40,814 nucleotides of DNA from Candidatus Kaiserbacteria bacterium (GTDB lineage Bacteria > Patescibacteriota > Minisyncoccia > Phycocordibacterales > UBA918), in assembly GCA_019634005.1 (NCBI GenBank), contig JAHQWD010000003.1, forward strand, positions 133,725 through 174,538. Direction: 5' to 3'. Position 1 is the first letter of the stretch; each line of letters begins with the position of its first letter. Shown in pieces: positions 16,278 through 25,962 of this stretch. A program made the translations under genes and the position numbers. The notes beneath the pieces were generated by a model. The model was given only the letters and a program-made list of their open reading frames with translations. It did no database searches and was not told where the DNA came from.

Positions 16278-17306
16278 ATGGGAAAAATAAAGGCATATTT
16301 CATACCATGTTCTGAAAACTGCTATGCACCGAATAGTCTGCAGGTGCACGCAGTGCGTATTATGGCTGTCTTGGTATTTATCTCCTTTGCACTTACTAGC
16401 GTGCAGTCTGTTTTGTGGACAAAGTCTGACTGGCTCGTAGGGTCTGTTCTGCCGTCTGTTATTGTTGAACTAACCAATGACGAACGATCAAACGTTGGTT
16501 CACTCTCACGGAATGCAGTACTTGATCGTGCTGCACAACTAAAGGCAGAGCATATGGCGGCGCATGAATATTTTTCACACTATAGTCCCGACGGTGTCTC
16601 TCCATGGCACTGGTTTGATCAAGTGGGATACTCCTTTGTTCACGCAGGAGAAAATCTTGCAATTCATTTCATGGATTCTGATGACGTCGTGGATGCATGG
16701 ATGGACTCACCAGGGCACCGTGCCAACATCTTAAATGAAGACTTTACAGAGATCGGTGTCGGAACCGCAAAGGGTTCTTATAATGGAGTAGAAACACTGT
16801 TTGTTGTGCAACTCTTTGGAGCTCCAGCAGCACCCGTGTCGCAAACGGTGGCAGTGCAGACTGATACCGCTACTGCACAAGACTCTGTTGCACCAATATT
16901 AGGAGCTGATGCATCTACTGAGATTGAACGTGAATCTACATATGCAGTTCTTGATGCGTTTGCGCAGTATCATGAAGGGACAGAGGAGGAAGTTCAGGAG
17001 CCTGTCATCCCAGAACTGATCACCACCTCAAATCCTTTGGCGGAGCCAGCAATTGTAGAGCCTCAGATGGCGGCTTCGGATGAAGCGGGTGTCGTTGCGC
17101 AGACGCTTACGCAACCAGGAAATGTACTTCAGATTTTGTACGGAGTACTGTCACTGTTTGTGATTATGCTTCTCATGCTCTCGATTGTCATTGAGTGGCG
17201 AAAACAAAATCCTATCCAAATTGCATATGGTGCAGGACTACTTGCAGCAATGGGTGCTCTCTTTTACATCCATGTATCGCTGACGGGTACAGGAATCATT
17301 GTGTAA
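16278..17306 (+). CDS. CAP/SCP-domain membrane protein
   Basis: LTNDER, AAQLKAEHM, YFSH, AGENLA, WMDSPGHRANIL, EIGVG; C-terminal TMs. Start chosen 7 nt after TGG-TATTAT (16269 is an alternative). Confidence 0.9.
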   Translation: MGKIKAYFIPCSENCYAPNSLQVHAVRIMAVLVFISFALTSVQSVLWTKSDWLVGSVLPSVIVELTNDERSNVGSLSRNAVLDRAAQLKAEHMAAHEYFSHYSPDGVSPWHWFDQVGYSFVHAGENLAIHFMDSDDVVDAWMDSPGHRANILNEDFTEIGVGTAKGSYNGVETLFVVQLFGAPAAPVSQTVAVQTDTATAQDSVAPILGADASTEIERESTYAVLDAFAQYHEGTEEEVQEPVIPELITTSNPLAEPAIVEPQMAASDEAGVVAQTLTQPGNVLQILYGVLSLFVIMLLMLSIVIEWRKQNPIQIAYGAGLLAAMGALFYIHVSLTGTGIIV

Positions 17307-17307
17307 C

Positions 17308-17337
17308 GAAAACAACTCGACGTGTCGAGTTGTTTTC
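17308..17337. terminator. Bidirectional-type terminator
   Basis: GAAAACAACTCGAC-GT-GTCGAGTTGTTTTC perfect inverted repeat. Confidence 0.75.
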
Positions 17338-17424
17338 ATATGTGAGTAACCTACACATCTAGACTTTATTGTCGTGTACTATAGAGGTATACATCAGTAG
17401 ATTAATAGCTCTTCCGTACTTTAT

Positions 17425-18384
17425 ATGTTGCTCTCTATATTTACTTCTTCATCTTTTTTACAACGAGTCCTTGTTGTGGTGGCTCTTTGTGTAGCACTCC
17501 TGCCGATGACTGCTTTAGCGGAAGAGGAGGAACGCTGGTATAACAAATCGGAGTGGACATTCTCATGGGGAGAACGAGCGCTCGCAAGTGCTGTTGCTGT
17601 TGATATCGTAACAGAGTCAGGCGAGGAACCGTTCACCGTCTTTAACCCTCCCGTAGAGAGTGTCACCTTTGGGAATGGGGAACTACAGGAAGGACTACAA
17701 TATTTCATACTTCAATTTAAAGAGAATGACGAATGGGGAGAAATCTTTGAACAAGAATTACGCATCGATGTGACACCACCTGAGATGACAATGTATATAG
17801 AGTATGTGGAGGATGGGTATCCACATCTCTTCGTCGAGGCGGAAGATGGGCTTTCTGGAGTTGAGAAGTACACCATCTTGATTGACGGGGATACTGATCA
17901 GCAAACACTCTCTCCTGAGACTGTTGTTGCAGGATATAAGCTCTCTATGCTCTCTCCCGGGGAACATACCGTAGTTGTAACTGCATATGACCAAGCGGGG
18001 AATGCGACTGCACTACGAGAGCATGTTACGGTAAGAGGCTCTGTCACAGTGGGTACATTCTTGAACAATGTACGAGAACATATTGCACGACCAGCTGAGG
18101 TGAATGTTGTCGCTGTTGCGTTCTTGTCGCTTATGGCAGTGTTTGGAATTTGCTTTGGTCTTGTTGAGCATCACGCACATAAGCGTGCTCGTGCGGAGGC
18201 TCGACGAGAAGTACTTGCAATGCAGAACAAAATCTCTAAGGTATTTTCAACATTGCGACGAGATGTGCTTATGCTTACGACAATGACGAGTAAAAAGTCT
18301 CGTGTCACGAAGAAAGAGAAAGAAGCTGTCGAGAAAGTCACCAAGGCACTCTCTGCATCGGAAGCAGTTATTGAGAAGAAATAA
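17425..18384 (+). CDS. Exported Ig-like-domain protein with C-terminal TM and basic cytoplasmic tail
   Basis: Signal peptide (ALA-EE), IDVTPP, D.LSGVEKY, PGEHTVVVTAYDQAGN, TM near aa 228-248. Confidence 0.75.
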   Translation: MLLSIFTSSSFLQRVLVVVALCVALLPMTALAEEEERWYNKSEWTFSWGERALASAVAVDIVTESGEEPFTVFNPPVESVTFGNGELQEGLQYFILQFKENDEWGEIFEQELRIDVTPPEMTMYIEYVEDGYPHLFVEAEDGLSGVEKYTILIDGDTDQQTLSPETVVAGYKLSMLSPGEHTVVVTAYDQAGNATALREHVTVRGSVTVGTFLNNVREHIARPAEVNVVAVAFLSLMAVFGICFGLVEHHAHKRARAEARREVLAMQNKISKVFSTLRRDVLMLTTMTSKKSRVTKKEKEAVEKVTKALSASEAVIEKK

Positions 18385-18399
18385 CGAGTGGGGTATACT
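18371..18399 (+). promoter_or_regulatory. Sigma70 promoter of the candidate sRNA
   Basis: TTGAGA-17nt-TATACT. Confidence 0.65.
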
Positions 18400-18404
18400 G
18401 TATA

Positions 18405-18527
18405 CGGTCTTCACTATGTGTACACATGCACGAAGACTGTCTCGGTGTATTACTGAAAGAGCACAGGAGTACACTCGATGACCATGTGTCGAAAAACCCT
18501 ATCTCCCGCCACAGGAGAGGGTTTTTT
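18405..18527 (+). ncRNA. Candidate small structured RNA (two hairpins, possible pseudoknot, terminator)
   Basis: P1 ACGGUCUUC/GAAGACUGU; P2 GUGUAUU/AGUACAC; loop ACACAUG complementary to CAUGUGU (18483-18489); terminator AAAAACCCU..CUCC/GGAG-AGGGUUUUUU. Confidence 0.6.
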
Positions 18528-18568
18528 CGTTGTGGTAGAATGGTAATGTTATTGATAATTCCACGCTT

Positions 18569-19045
18569 ATGAATTCAAAGACCATCACATTGTTTGTTGG
18601 AGCACTCGTCCTCATTATTATTGGTATGTTTACGTTCGCATACGTCAAGCGTGCGGATATTGAAAAGGAGGATATGTCTGAGCAGGTGCCCGTTGATCAG
18701 ACTGCATATGATGGCATTGAACGTATTGATGCAAAACACTTCTATATTAATGGTGTACACACACTTGCAGGGGAAATATTGATGCCAACGCCATGTGACC
18801 TTCTCGAGCACGATTTCGTTATCATGGAATCATACCCAGAGCAGGTGGTAGTTGACTTTACAGTGATTAACAACGCAGATATCTGTGCGCAGGTGGTCAC
18901 TCCACAACGGTTTCTTGTGTCGTTTAGTGCAAGCGAGGAGGCAGACATTCGCGCAACGCTCCAGCAGCGTTCAGTTATCCTGAATCTTGTTCCTGCAGCC
19001 GCGGGTGAGACACCAGACGATTTTGAACTGTACATTAAAGGGTAG
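18569..19045 (+). CDS. Membrane-anchored hypothetical protein with a Cys pair
   Basis: N-terminal TM; PTPC...MESYPEQV...CAQVVT. Confidence 0.8.
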   Translation: MNSKTITLFVGALVLIIIGMFTFAYVKRADIEKEDMSEQVPVDQTAYDGIERIDAKHFYINGVHTLAGEILMPTPCDLLEHDFVIMESYPEQVVVDFTVINNADICAQVVTPQRFLVSFSASEEADIRATLQQRSVILNLVPAAAGETPDDFELYIKG

Positions 19046-19076
19046 TACGCACGTATACCTCTGATACAATAGCTAT

Positions 19077-20120
19077 ATGGCAGTAAACAGACTTGTCGAG
19101 TACGTTTTCTTTTTTGGATTCCTAGGAGTCGTCGCTTTCTTGGTGTGGCGCATCTTTGAACCATTCATCAACGCAATGGCACTTTCTGCTGTTGTGGTGG
19201 TTATTTGTTATCCAATTTATGAATGGATACTGCGACAGTTCAATGAAAGGTATAAGGGATTAAGTGCATTCCTTTCGACGCTCATTACGGTGACATTAGT
19301 GGGAGCTCCGCTTACTATACTGGGTTCTTTTGTCTTTCGTGAAGCAACCTCAATCTATCGACTCCTTAACTCTGGGTCTGGCATCTCGATCCAAGAGGCC
19401 GTCTTCAATATAGAGATGTTTGTGCAACGTCTCGTGCCTGAGTTTTCTATTGATATCGCCTCATATCTTGGACAAGGTGCGCAGTTTGTCACTTCAAATC
19501 TCGCAGTGATCTTTACGAGTACCGCGTCATCATTTCTACTCTTCTTTATCTCTGTCATCACTATCTTTTATTTCTTCCGAGATGGACGAAAGTTCATGAA
19601 GTACTTAGTGGAGATTAGTCCGCTTCCTGACACTGACGATACGATTATTCTAAAGCGTCTCTCACAATCTGTTCGCAGCGTTGCACTTGGGATTGTATTG
19701 GTGGCGATCATTCAAGGAACATTGACCGCGATTGGGTTGTCGATCTTTGGATTTGAACGCGCGATCCTCTGGGGAGCAATTGCTGCATTTGGTGCATTGA
19801 TTCCAGCAATTGGGACGTCAATTGTCTTTGTACCATCAGTACTCTATCTTGTGATCACGGGTTCTTACGGCAGTGCGGTTGGTGTAGCACTCTGGGCGAT
19901 GCTTGCGGTTGGATTTATCGATAACTTGCTTGGTCCATATCTTATGAGTCGAGGAAACACACTCCACCCGCTCTTCATCTTGCTTGCGGTACTTGGTGGT
20001 ATTACACTCTTTGGACCGATTGGATTTGTACTTGGCCCTGTTATTCTTAGTCTCTTTAAAGTGTTACTTGAGATCTACGCGACACATATATCATGTGAGC
20101 GTCTCGGTTCAGAATCATGA
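19077..20120 (+). CDS. AI-2E family transporter
   Basis: Multi-TM; YFFRDG, IP.IGT, DNLLGP, HPLFILLAVLGG..FGPIGFVLGP. Confidence 0.93.
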   Translation: MAVNRLVEYVFFFGFLGVVAFLVWRIFEPFINAMALSAVVVVICYPIYEWILRQFNERYKGLSAFLSTLITVTLVGAPLTILGSFVFREATSIYRLLNSGSGISIQEAVFNIEMFVQRLVPEFSIDIASYLGQGAQFVTSNLAVIFTSTASSFLLFFISVITIFYFFRDGRKFMKYLVEISPLPDTDDTIILKRLSQSVRSVALGIVLVAIIQGTLTAIGLSIFGFERAILWGAIAAFGALIPAIGTSIVFVPSVLYLVITGSYGSAVGVALWAMLAVGFIDNLLGPYLMSRGNTLHPLFILLAVLGGITLFGPIGFVLGPVILSLFKVLLEIYATHISCERLGSES

Positions 20121-20545
20121 TCAAGAAACGTCTAATAGAAAACTTTCTCAAGTTAAATGGCATCCCGCTCGATGCTGAAGATCAAATTATCCGCTCAGCA
20201 CTTGTTGAAGCGCGGTGGCATGAAGAGGATGTTGAGGTTGCCCTTCTTGTGCTAAAAGGAAATAGGCAGAATGATACAGTTGAGGTAACTGCTGCACGGC
20301 AGCTCTTTCATTCTGATGCACGTGTTGCTCCAGAGACACTCTCGTCACTGCTTGGTGTGACGGTGAATATTGACTCCAACCAACTCTATGCGGTGTATCG
20401 TGATGATGAGAAATATGACCCTGTGTTACATCCTGCGCTCACGACACTCTTCCTTATTGCAGGTGCCTTTGTCATTGGGCTTGCAATGATGTATGCAATG
20501 AGGATTGGACCATTCCATCAACCAGTTGAACATTTTGTATTTTAG
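20117..20545 (+). CDS. Hypothetical protein with C-terminal TM
   Basis: ATGA-coupled to the AI-2E gene; IRSALVEARW..DV..AL helical motif. Confidence 0.75.
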   Translation: MIKKRLIENFLKLNGIPLDAEDQIIRSALVEARWHEEDVEVALLVLKGNRQNDTVEVTAARQLFHSDARVAPETLSSLLGVTVNIDSNQLYAVYRDDEKYDPVLHPALTTLFLIAGAFVIGLAMMYAMRIGPFHQPVEHFVF

Positions 20546-20548
20546 GAT

Positions 20549-21592
20549 ATGGACGCAACGGGAAAAGAGACCAACATATTCTTTATAGGCTTGATGGTGC
20601 TCATACTCTGTCTGGCATTTGTCTCTGATACACAAGAAGAGACGTTACATATTGCCTACGGGAAGGTGGGTGAAGAAACAAATGTCTACACCATGCTTTT
20701 TACTGGAGATATTATGCTTGCACGGGAGGTGGAGCGGATGATGGAACGTACAGAACCAGAGTATCCGTTTCTTGGTATACAGGACATTGTGCGCCGTGCG
20801 GATGTCGCAGTTGGTAATTTTGAAGCAAGTGTTCCTGAGGTGCACAAAGAGACACCAGACTTTGGCTTCCAGTTCTCTGTAGCATCTTCAGTGCTCCCTG
20901 TGTTGCGGGATATCGGTTTTGATTATCTCGGACTTGCGAATAATCACACCTTTGATTTTGGCCGTGAAGGATACGAGCATACACGTCGTGTGTGTGACGA
21001 GGCAGCACTTGTCTGTATGGGAACGCCTGAAATAGTCACCCATACCAGAGTACCTGTCGGAGATATCGCTGTAAGTATCCTCACACTTAATTTGGTCTCT
21101 GGAACATTAGATGAATCAAGGCTTGAAGAGGAACTGTCTCGTATGCGGTCTACAAGTGATCTACAGGTTGCGTATATACACTGGGGTGAGGAATATATGT
21201 CTCAGCATCATTCAGGACAAGAGACACTTGCACACATGCTTATAGATCAAGGTGTTGATGCGGTCATAGGACACCATCCGCATGTTGTGCAAGGTATAGA
21301 GATCTATGAGGAGAAGCCAATATTCTATTCATTGGGAAACCTTGTCTTTGACCAGTATTTTGATACTGCAGTACAGGAAGGGCTTATGGTACAGCTTGCT
21401 ATCACTGCCGATACGCTCGCCTACACACTTATTCCTGTAACCAGTGTGGCAACACCGAGTCAGCCACAGCTCATGGGACTCGATGCGCGTGATGCATTTC
21501 TCGCAAATCTTGGTACGAGAGCAACATTAGTATTTCGTCGTTCTGGACTTGCGAACCGAACCATAATCAGTAGTATGGAGGGACATGAATAA
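20549..21592 (+). CDS. CapA/PGA_cap family metallophosphoesterase
   Basis: GDIML.R, GNFE, LANNHTFDFG, HWG.EY, GHHPHV, YSLGN..FDQ. Confidence 0.92.
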   Translation: MDATGKETNIFFIGLMVLILCLAFVSDTQEETLHIAYGKVGEETNVYTMLFTGDIMLAREVERMMERTEPEYPFLGIQDIVRRADVAVGNFEASVPEVHKETPDFGFQFSVASSVLPVLRDIGFDYLGLANNHTFDFGREGYEHTRRVCDEAALVCMGTPEIVTHTRVPVGDIAVSILTLNLVSGTLDESRLEEELSRMRSTSDLQVAYIHWGEEYMSQHHSGQETLAHMLIDQGVDAVIGHHPHVVQGIEIYEEKPIFYSLGNLVFDQYFDTAVQEGLMVQLAITADTLAYTLIPVTSVATPSQPQLMGLDARDAFLANLGTRATLVFRRSGLANRTIISSMEGHE

Positions 21593-22133
21593 AGAAACTA
21601 TGTTTGATTCACGAGAAGCGGTTTGGATTAGTGTCAGTATCGGTATTTTGGTCGTTATATTACTTGGTCTTCGTTTTGATGCGGTTACTCGTATTAGTAT
21701 GTATCTGAGTACTGAAGATGAGGTATCGGTGGTAACAATCCAAGACGGACAGAGTACTGACGAAGCGGTTGTTGAAGCACTTGCAGATGCTGCGTCACTG
21801 CAGGGAACCATACAAGAGCTGGTACTTTTTGAGGTTGAGGTTGGTTCTGGAACAGAGGTTACCGAAGGAAGTACCGTTACGGTGCATTACGCGGGGAATA
21901 CACAAGAAGGTGTTCAGTTTGATAACTCCTATGAACGAGGAGAACCGTTCACGTTTACCCTTGGTGAAGGTAAGGTTATTGAAGGATGGGAGCAGGGACT
22001 CACTGGTATGAAAGAAGGTGGTCGACGTGCACTGGTTATTCCTGCACGAATGGCATATGGCAGTCGTCAGGTTGGCCCTATTCCACCGAATAGTACACTG
22101 GTTTTCATCGTTGAAGTACTTGAAGTTCGTTAG
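21585..22133 (+). CDS. FKBP-type peptidyl-prolyl isomerase, membrane-anchored
   Basis: VTVHY.G, FDNS, F.LG...VI.GW..G, IP..AYG, IPPNSTLVF.VE. Confidence 0.95.
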   Translation: MNKETMFDSREAVWISVSIGILVVILLGLRFDAVTRISMYLSTEDEVSVVTIQDGQSTDEAVVEALADAASLQGTIQELVLFEVEVGSGTEVTEGSTVTVHYAGNTQEGVQFDNSYERGEPFTFTLGEGKVIEGWEQGLTGMKEGGRRALVIPARMAYGSRQVGPIPPNSTLVFIVEVLEVR

Positions 22134-22142
22134 ACTAGAGTA

Positions 22143-23333
22143 ATGGCAACTCCTGTTACATTTGAAGTAGTAAAGAAAAGTACCACCTCCCGTGCGCGGG
22201 CGGGGGTTATTCATACACCACACGGAGATATTGAGACACCTGCATTTGTTGTCGTGGGAACAAAAGGGACAGTGAAGAGTGTTAAACCAGAAGATATGGA
22301 GCAGTATATTGGTGCGCAGGTTGCGCTTGCCAATACCTACCACCTCTATCTTCAGCCAGGACACGAAATCGTAAAAGAAGCGGGTGGACTTCACCAGTTC
22401 TCCAACTGGCATATGCCCACCATGACCGACTCTGGTGGTTTTCAGGTGTTCTCGCTTGGTGCTGCGTTTGGTAAGGGGGTGACGAAGTTTGCAAAAGGAG
22501 ATGAAAGTGCCGAAGAGGGTATCAATATATACTCCAAAGAAATGGCACAGAGTCATGGAAAGCTCTGTGTGATTGATGAAGAGGGAGTGACCTTTACTTC
22601 ACATCACGATGGCTCGATGCACCGTTTTACCGCAGAGCGATCTATAGAGATACAGCACGACATCGGTGCAGATATTATCGTTGCCTTTGACGAATGTACG
22701 TCCCCAACAGCATCGAAAGAATATCAGGAGGAAGCAATGGAGCGGACGCACAGATGGGCAAAGCGATCCATCCTCGCACACAAACAAAATTATGATGCAT
22801 TGAAAAGACAAGGGCTCTACGGAGTAGTGCAGGGAGGACGATATTTAGATCTCCGAGAGAAGAGTGCGCAGGTGCTCTCCGCTATGGATTTTGATGGCTT
22901 CGGTATTGGAGGATCTTTCTCTAAAGAGGATCTCGGAGCGTCGCTTGAAGTGGTAAATGATATCTTGCCAGAGGATAAGCCACGACACCTCTTGGGTATT
23001 GGGGAGCCTGAAGACATTTTCCGTGGCGTACATGCAGGGTGCGACACTTTTGATTGTGTTGCGCCAACAAGGCTTGCGCGAACAGGAACTATCTATGCGC
23101 ATACCCATGAAGGAATTCAGAAACTCAATCTTTTAAATACAAAATATCAGCGAGATTTTGGGAAGCCAGACGAAGGATGTGACTGTTATGTGTGTACGAA
23201 CTATACGCGTGCATATCTTGCACATCTCTTCCGTGCGCAGGAAATGTTGGGGGCACATCTTGCATCGATACATAATCTCTACACCATCGTGCAGTATACA
23301 AAGCGGTTGCGGGAGGAGATACTTGCTGGCTAA
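22143..23333 (+). CDS. tgt: tRNA-guanine transglycosylase
   Basis: TPAF, NTYHL, TDSGGFQVFSL, DEC, VQGG, PRHLLGIG, DTFDCV.PTR.AR, CDCYVC...HN. Confidence 0.96.
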   Translation: MATPVTFEVVKKSTTSRARAGVIHTPHGDIETPAFVVVGTKGTVKSVKPEDMEQYIGAQVALANTYHLYLQPGHEIVKEAGGLHQFSNWHMPTMTDSGGFQVFSLGAAFGKGVTKFAKGDESAEEGINIYSKEMAQSHGKLCVIDEEGVTFTSHHDGSMHRFTAERSIEIQHDIGADIIVAFDECTSPTASKEYQEEAMERTHRWAKRSILAHKQNYDALKRQGLYGVVQGGRYLDLREKSAQVLSAMDFDGFGIGGSFSKEDLGASLEVVNDILPEDKPRHLLGIGEPEDIFRGVHAGCDTFDCVAPTRLARTGTIYAHTHEGIQKLNLLNTKYQRDFGKPDEGCDCYVCTNYTRAYLAHLFRAQEMLGAHLASIHNLYTIVQYTKRLREEILAG

Positions 23334-23352
23334 TTTGCTATACTCCATCGTA

Positions 23353-25365
23353 ATGGAATTCAAACTCAGTACGGATAAAACACCAGCGGGAGATCAGCCA
23401 AAGGCGATCGAAGCCTTGGTCTCGGGTATAGAAAAAGGCATGACACACCAGACGCTTTTGGGTGTGACAGGAAGTGGTAAGACGTTTACCGCAGCAAACG
23501 TGATCCAGCATGTGCAGAAGCCAACACTTGTTATTGCACATAACAAGACGCTTGCCGCGCAACTTGCACAGGAGTATCGAGATTTCTTCCCAGAGAATGC
23601 CGTGCATTACTTTGTCTCATACTACGACTACTATCAGCCTGAGGCGTATATGCCCGTGTCCGATACGTATATTGAAAAAGAAGCGCAGATTAATGAGGAG
23701 ATTGATCGGCTCCGTCACGCGTCCACGCAGGCACTCTTAACTCGGGAGGATGTCATCATTGTTGCATCTGTCTCATGTATCTATGGACTCGGTTCTCCAG
23801 CGCAGTACGAGAAAGTGCATAAGAAGATTGAAAAAGGATTTAAGACGAATCGGGCAGAAATGCTTCGAACATTGGTGAGCATGTACTTTGAACGAACCAA
23901 TGCAGATCTCACTCCTGGGCATTTCCGTGCAGTGGGGAATACGGTTGAGATTATGCCAACTAACGAGCGAGTGATCTATCGGCTTGGATTCTCAGGAGAC
24001 GCGGTCTCTGCTATTACAAAGATCGATGCGGTGTCTCGTGCGATTATCGACGAGCCAGAAGTGTTCTACCTTTTTCCCGCAAAGCACTTTGTAACTCCTG
24101 AAGATGAGCGAGAGCGTGCCATGAAGGAGATTAAGATGCTACTTGATGAGCAATTGGCGAAGTTTAAGAAGGAAGGAAAGCTTCTTGAGGCAGAGCGTCT
24201 CAAAAGACGTACCGAACATGATCTCGCTCTCATTAGAGAGGTTGGATATTGTAATGGAGTTGAGAACTACTCACGGCACTTTGATGGACGTGACGCGGGA
24301 GAAGCGCCGTACACACTCTTGGATTACTTTCCTCATACAAAAGACGGAAAGCCAGACTTTCTTACCATCATTGATGAGTCTCATGTAACGGTCCCACAGC
24401 TTGGTGGTATGTATGCAGGCGATCGCTCGCGAAAAAAGACGTTGGTAGAGCATGGATTCCGTCTCCCCAGTGCGGTGGATAACCGACCGCTTAATTTTGA
24501 AGAGTTTGAGAAGCGTGTCGGACAGATGATCTTCACCTCTGCAACGCCAGGGACATACGAGGAGGAAGAATCACAGCAGACAGTGGAACAGGTAATTCGT
24601 CCGACGGGACTTGTTGATCCGCTCATAGATATGCGACCGATTGTAGAGAAGGACGAATACCCAGGACAGGTGCAGGACTTTATCAATGAAGCTGAAAAGG
24701 TAATTAAAGGCGGTGCACGCGTACTGGTGACGACACTGACCAAGAAGATGGCAGAGGATCTCTCAGATTTTCTTTCAGAGCGGGGTCTGAAGGCGGAGTA
24801 TATTCATAGTGATATTAAAACAATTGATCGTATTGAGATTCTCACTAAGTTCCGCAAGGGGGAGTTTGACTGTCTTGTGGGAGTGAACCTGCTTCGTGAA
24901 GGACTGGATCTTCCCGAAGTAGAGCTTGTGGCTATCTTGGATGCAGATAAGGAAGGCTTTCTTCGAAGCGAGACCTCGTTGATTCAGACAATTGGGCGTG
25001 CGGCACGTAATGTATCTGGACGGGTGGTGCTTTATGCGGATGAAATGACAGGATCCTTAGAGAAGGCAATTGGAGAGACAAATCGTCGAAGGGAGCTACA
25101 ACTTGCGTACAACAGAGAGCATAATATTACGCCGCAGACGATTGCGAAGGAGATTAAAGATATTACCGCAGAGCTTCGTACAGAGCATCAAGAGACGGTT
25201 CACACACTTCTCACCGTTGATGCAGAGTTATACAAGAAAAATCCGAAGAAAGTCCTCAAGGAGAAGCGACAGCAAATGGATGATGCGGTAAAGATTCTCG
25301 ACTTTGAAACTGCGGCAATTATTCGTGATGAGATTGCAGCACTTGAGGGGATGGGGGAGAAGTAA
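23353..25365 (+). CDS. uvrB: Excinuclease ABC subunit B
   Basis: PAGDQP, GVTGSGKT, YYDYYQPEAY, DESH, NLLREGLD, QTIGRAARN, FE.AA..RD; start at ATG 23353. Confidence 0.98.
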   Translation: MEFKLSTDKTPAGDQPKAIEALVSGIEKGMTHQTLLGVTGSGKTFTAANVIQHVQKPTLVIAHNKTLAAQLAQEYRDFFPENAVHYFVSYYDYYQPEAYMPVSDTYIEKEAQINEEIDRLRHASTQALLTREDVIIVASVSCIYGLGSPAQYEKVHKKIEKGFKTNRAEMLRTLVSMYFERTNADLTPGHFRAVGNTVEIMPTNERVIYRLGFSGDAVSAITKIDAVSRAIIDEPEVFYLFPAKHFVTPEDERERAMKEIKMLLDEQLAKFKKEGKLLEAERLKRRTEHDLALIREVGYCNGVENYSRHFDGRDAGEAPYTLLDYFPHTKDGKPDFLTIIDESHVTVPQLGGMYAGDRSRKKTLVEHGFRLPSAVDNRPLNFEEFEKRVGQMIFTSATPGTYEEEESQQTVEQVIRPTGLVDPLIDMRPIVEKDEYPGQVQDFINEAEKVIKGGARVLVTTLTKKMAEDLSDFLSERGLKAEYIHSDIKTIDRIEILTKFRKGEFDCLVGVNLLREGLDLPEVELVAILDADKEGFLRSETSLIQTIGRAARNVSGRVVLYADEMTGSLEKAIGETNRRRELQLAYNREHNITPQTIAKEIKDITAELRTEHQETVHTLLTVDAELYKKNPKKVLKEKRQQMDDAVKILDFETAAIIRDEIAALEGMGEK

Positions 25366-25417
25366 TTTGCGTTTCTCTCTGAGAGGAGCATAATGCAGAA
25401 AGGAAAGGAGATGGGGT

Positions 25418-25753
25418 ATGAACACCATAGAAGTTGGTTGCATAGTAATCCTTGTTTGGCTTGGAGCAGAATTGCTACGACGTGAAAGTGTGAAGTACGA
25501 ACGAAAGCTTGCAGAAAGACGGGTGAAACGTTTCTTTGAAAATCATTCAAAGTGCACTTGTTCTCTCAGGCTGGTTCGGAAAGTGGTGCGGATGCATCCT
25601 ACGCATGTCTGTGTCGGTCTATGTAATTTGGTTGAACAAGGGTATCTCACTGCACGTGTACTCGACTCAGTTCGTGACGCTTCCATTTTGGGAGTTGAAG
25701 ATACGCTTACTCCCGAGAATATGTCGCTCTTCAGTTATCGGTTGAACAAATAA
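25418..25753 (+). CDS. Hypothetical protein: N-terminal TM plus possible winged helix
   Basis: Own TTGCGT/CATAAT promoter, AAGGAG SD and terminator; L.NLVEQGYL...YRL resembles a wHTH C-terminus. Confidence 0.7.
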   Translation: MNTIEVGCIVILVWLGAELLRRESVKYERKLAERRVKRFFENHSKCTCSLRLVRKVVRMHPTHVCVGLCNLVEQGYLTARVLDSVRDASILGVEDTLTPENMSLFSYRLNK

Positions 25754-25754
25754 G

Positions 25755-25776
25755 AAAAGCCCTTCGGGGCTTTTTC
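25755..25776 (+). terminator. Intrinsic terminator
   Basis: AAAAGCCC-TTCG-GGGCTTTTT. Confidence 0.8.
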
Positions 25777-25837
25777 TCGTTGACAATTTAATAGTTGAGG
25801 AGTACGTTTTTGTATAGGGAGCGGAAAGGAATCTGCT

Positions 25838-25948
25838 ATGGATCTAGAAGGATACGTTTTGATTATCTGCGCACTCGTGCTCAGTATCTGTTTTGCCAAG
25901 ATGGATCATGAAAGGAAAAGAGCTCGTTGGCAGAGACAGGGGAAATGA
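25838..25948 (+). CDS. 36-aa single-TM small protein (below the ORF-track cutoff)
   Basis: MDLEGYVLIICALVLSICFAKMDHERKRARWQRQGK; TTGACA-17-TACGTT promoter, AAAGGA SD, terminator after the stop. Confidence 0.7.
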   Translation: MDLEGYVLIICALVLSICFAKMDHERKRARWQRQGK

Positions 25949-25962
25949 TAGTTATAGAGTCT

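Noticed and set aside
18453-18530. Hammerhead ribozyme (CUGAAAGA...GAAA)
   Set aside because: Core has an extra base relative to CUGANGA, and stem I cannot form around a valid cleavage triplet
23158-23352. 65-aa N-terminal extension of UvrB
   Set aside because: Overlaps tgt; a -10 box and family similarity point to ATG 23353
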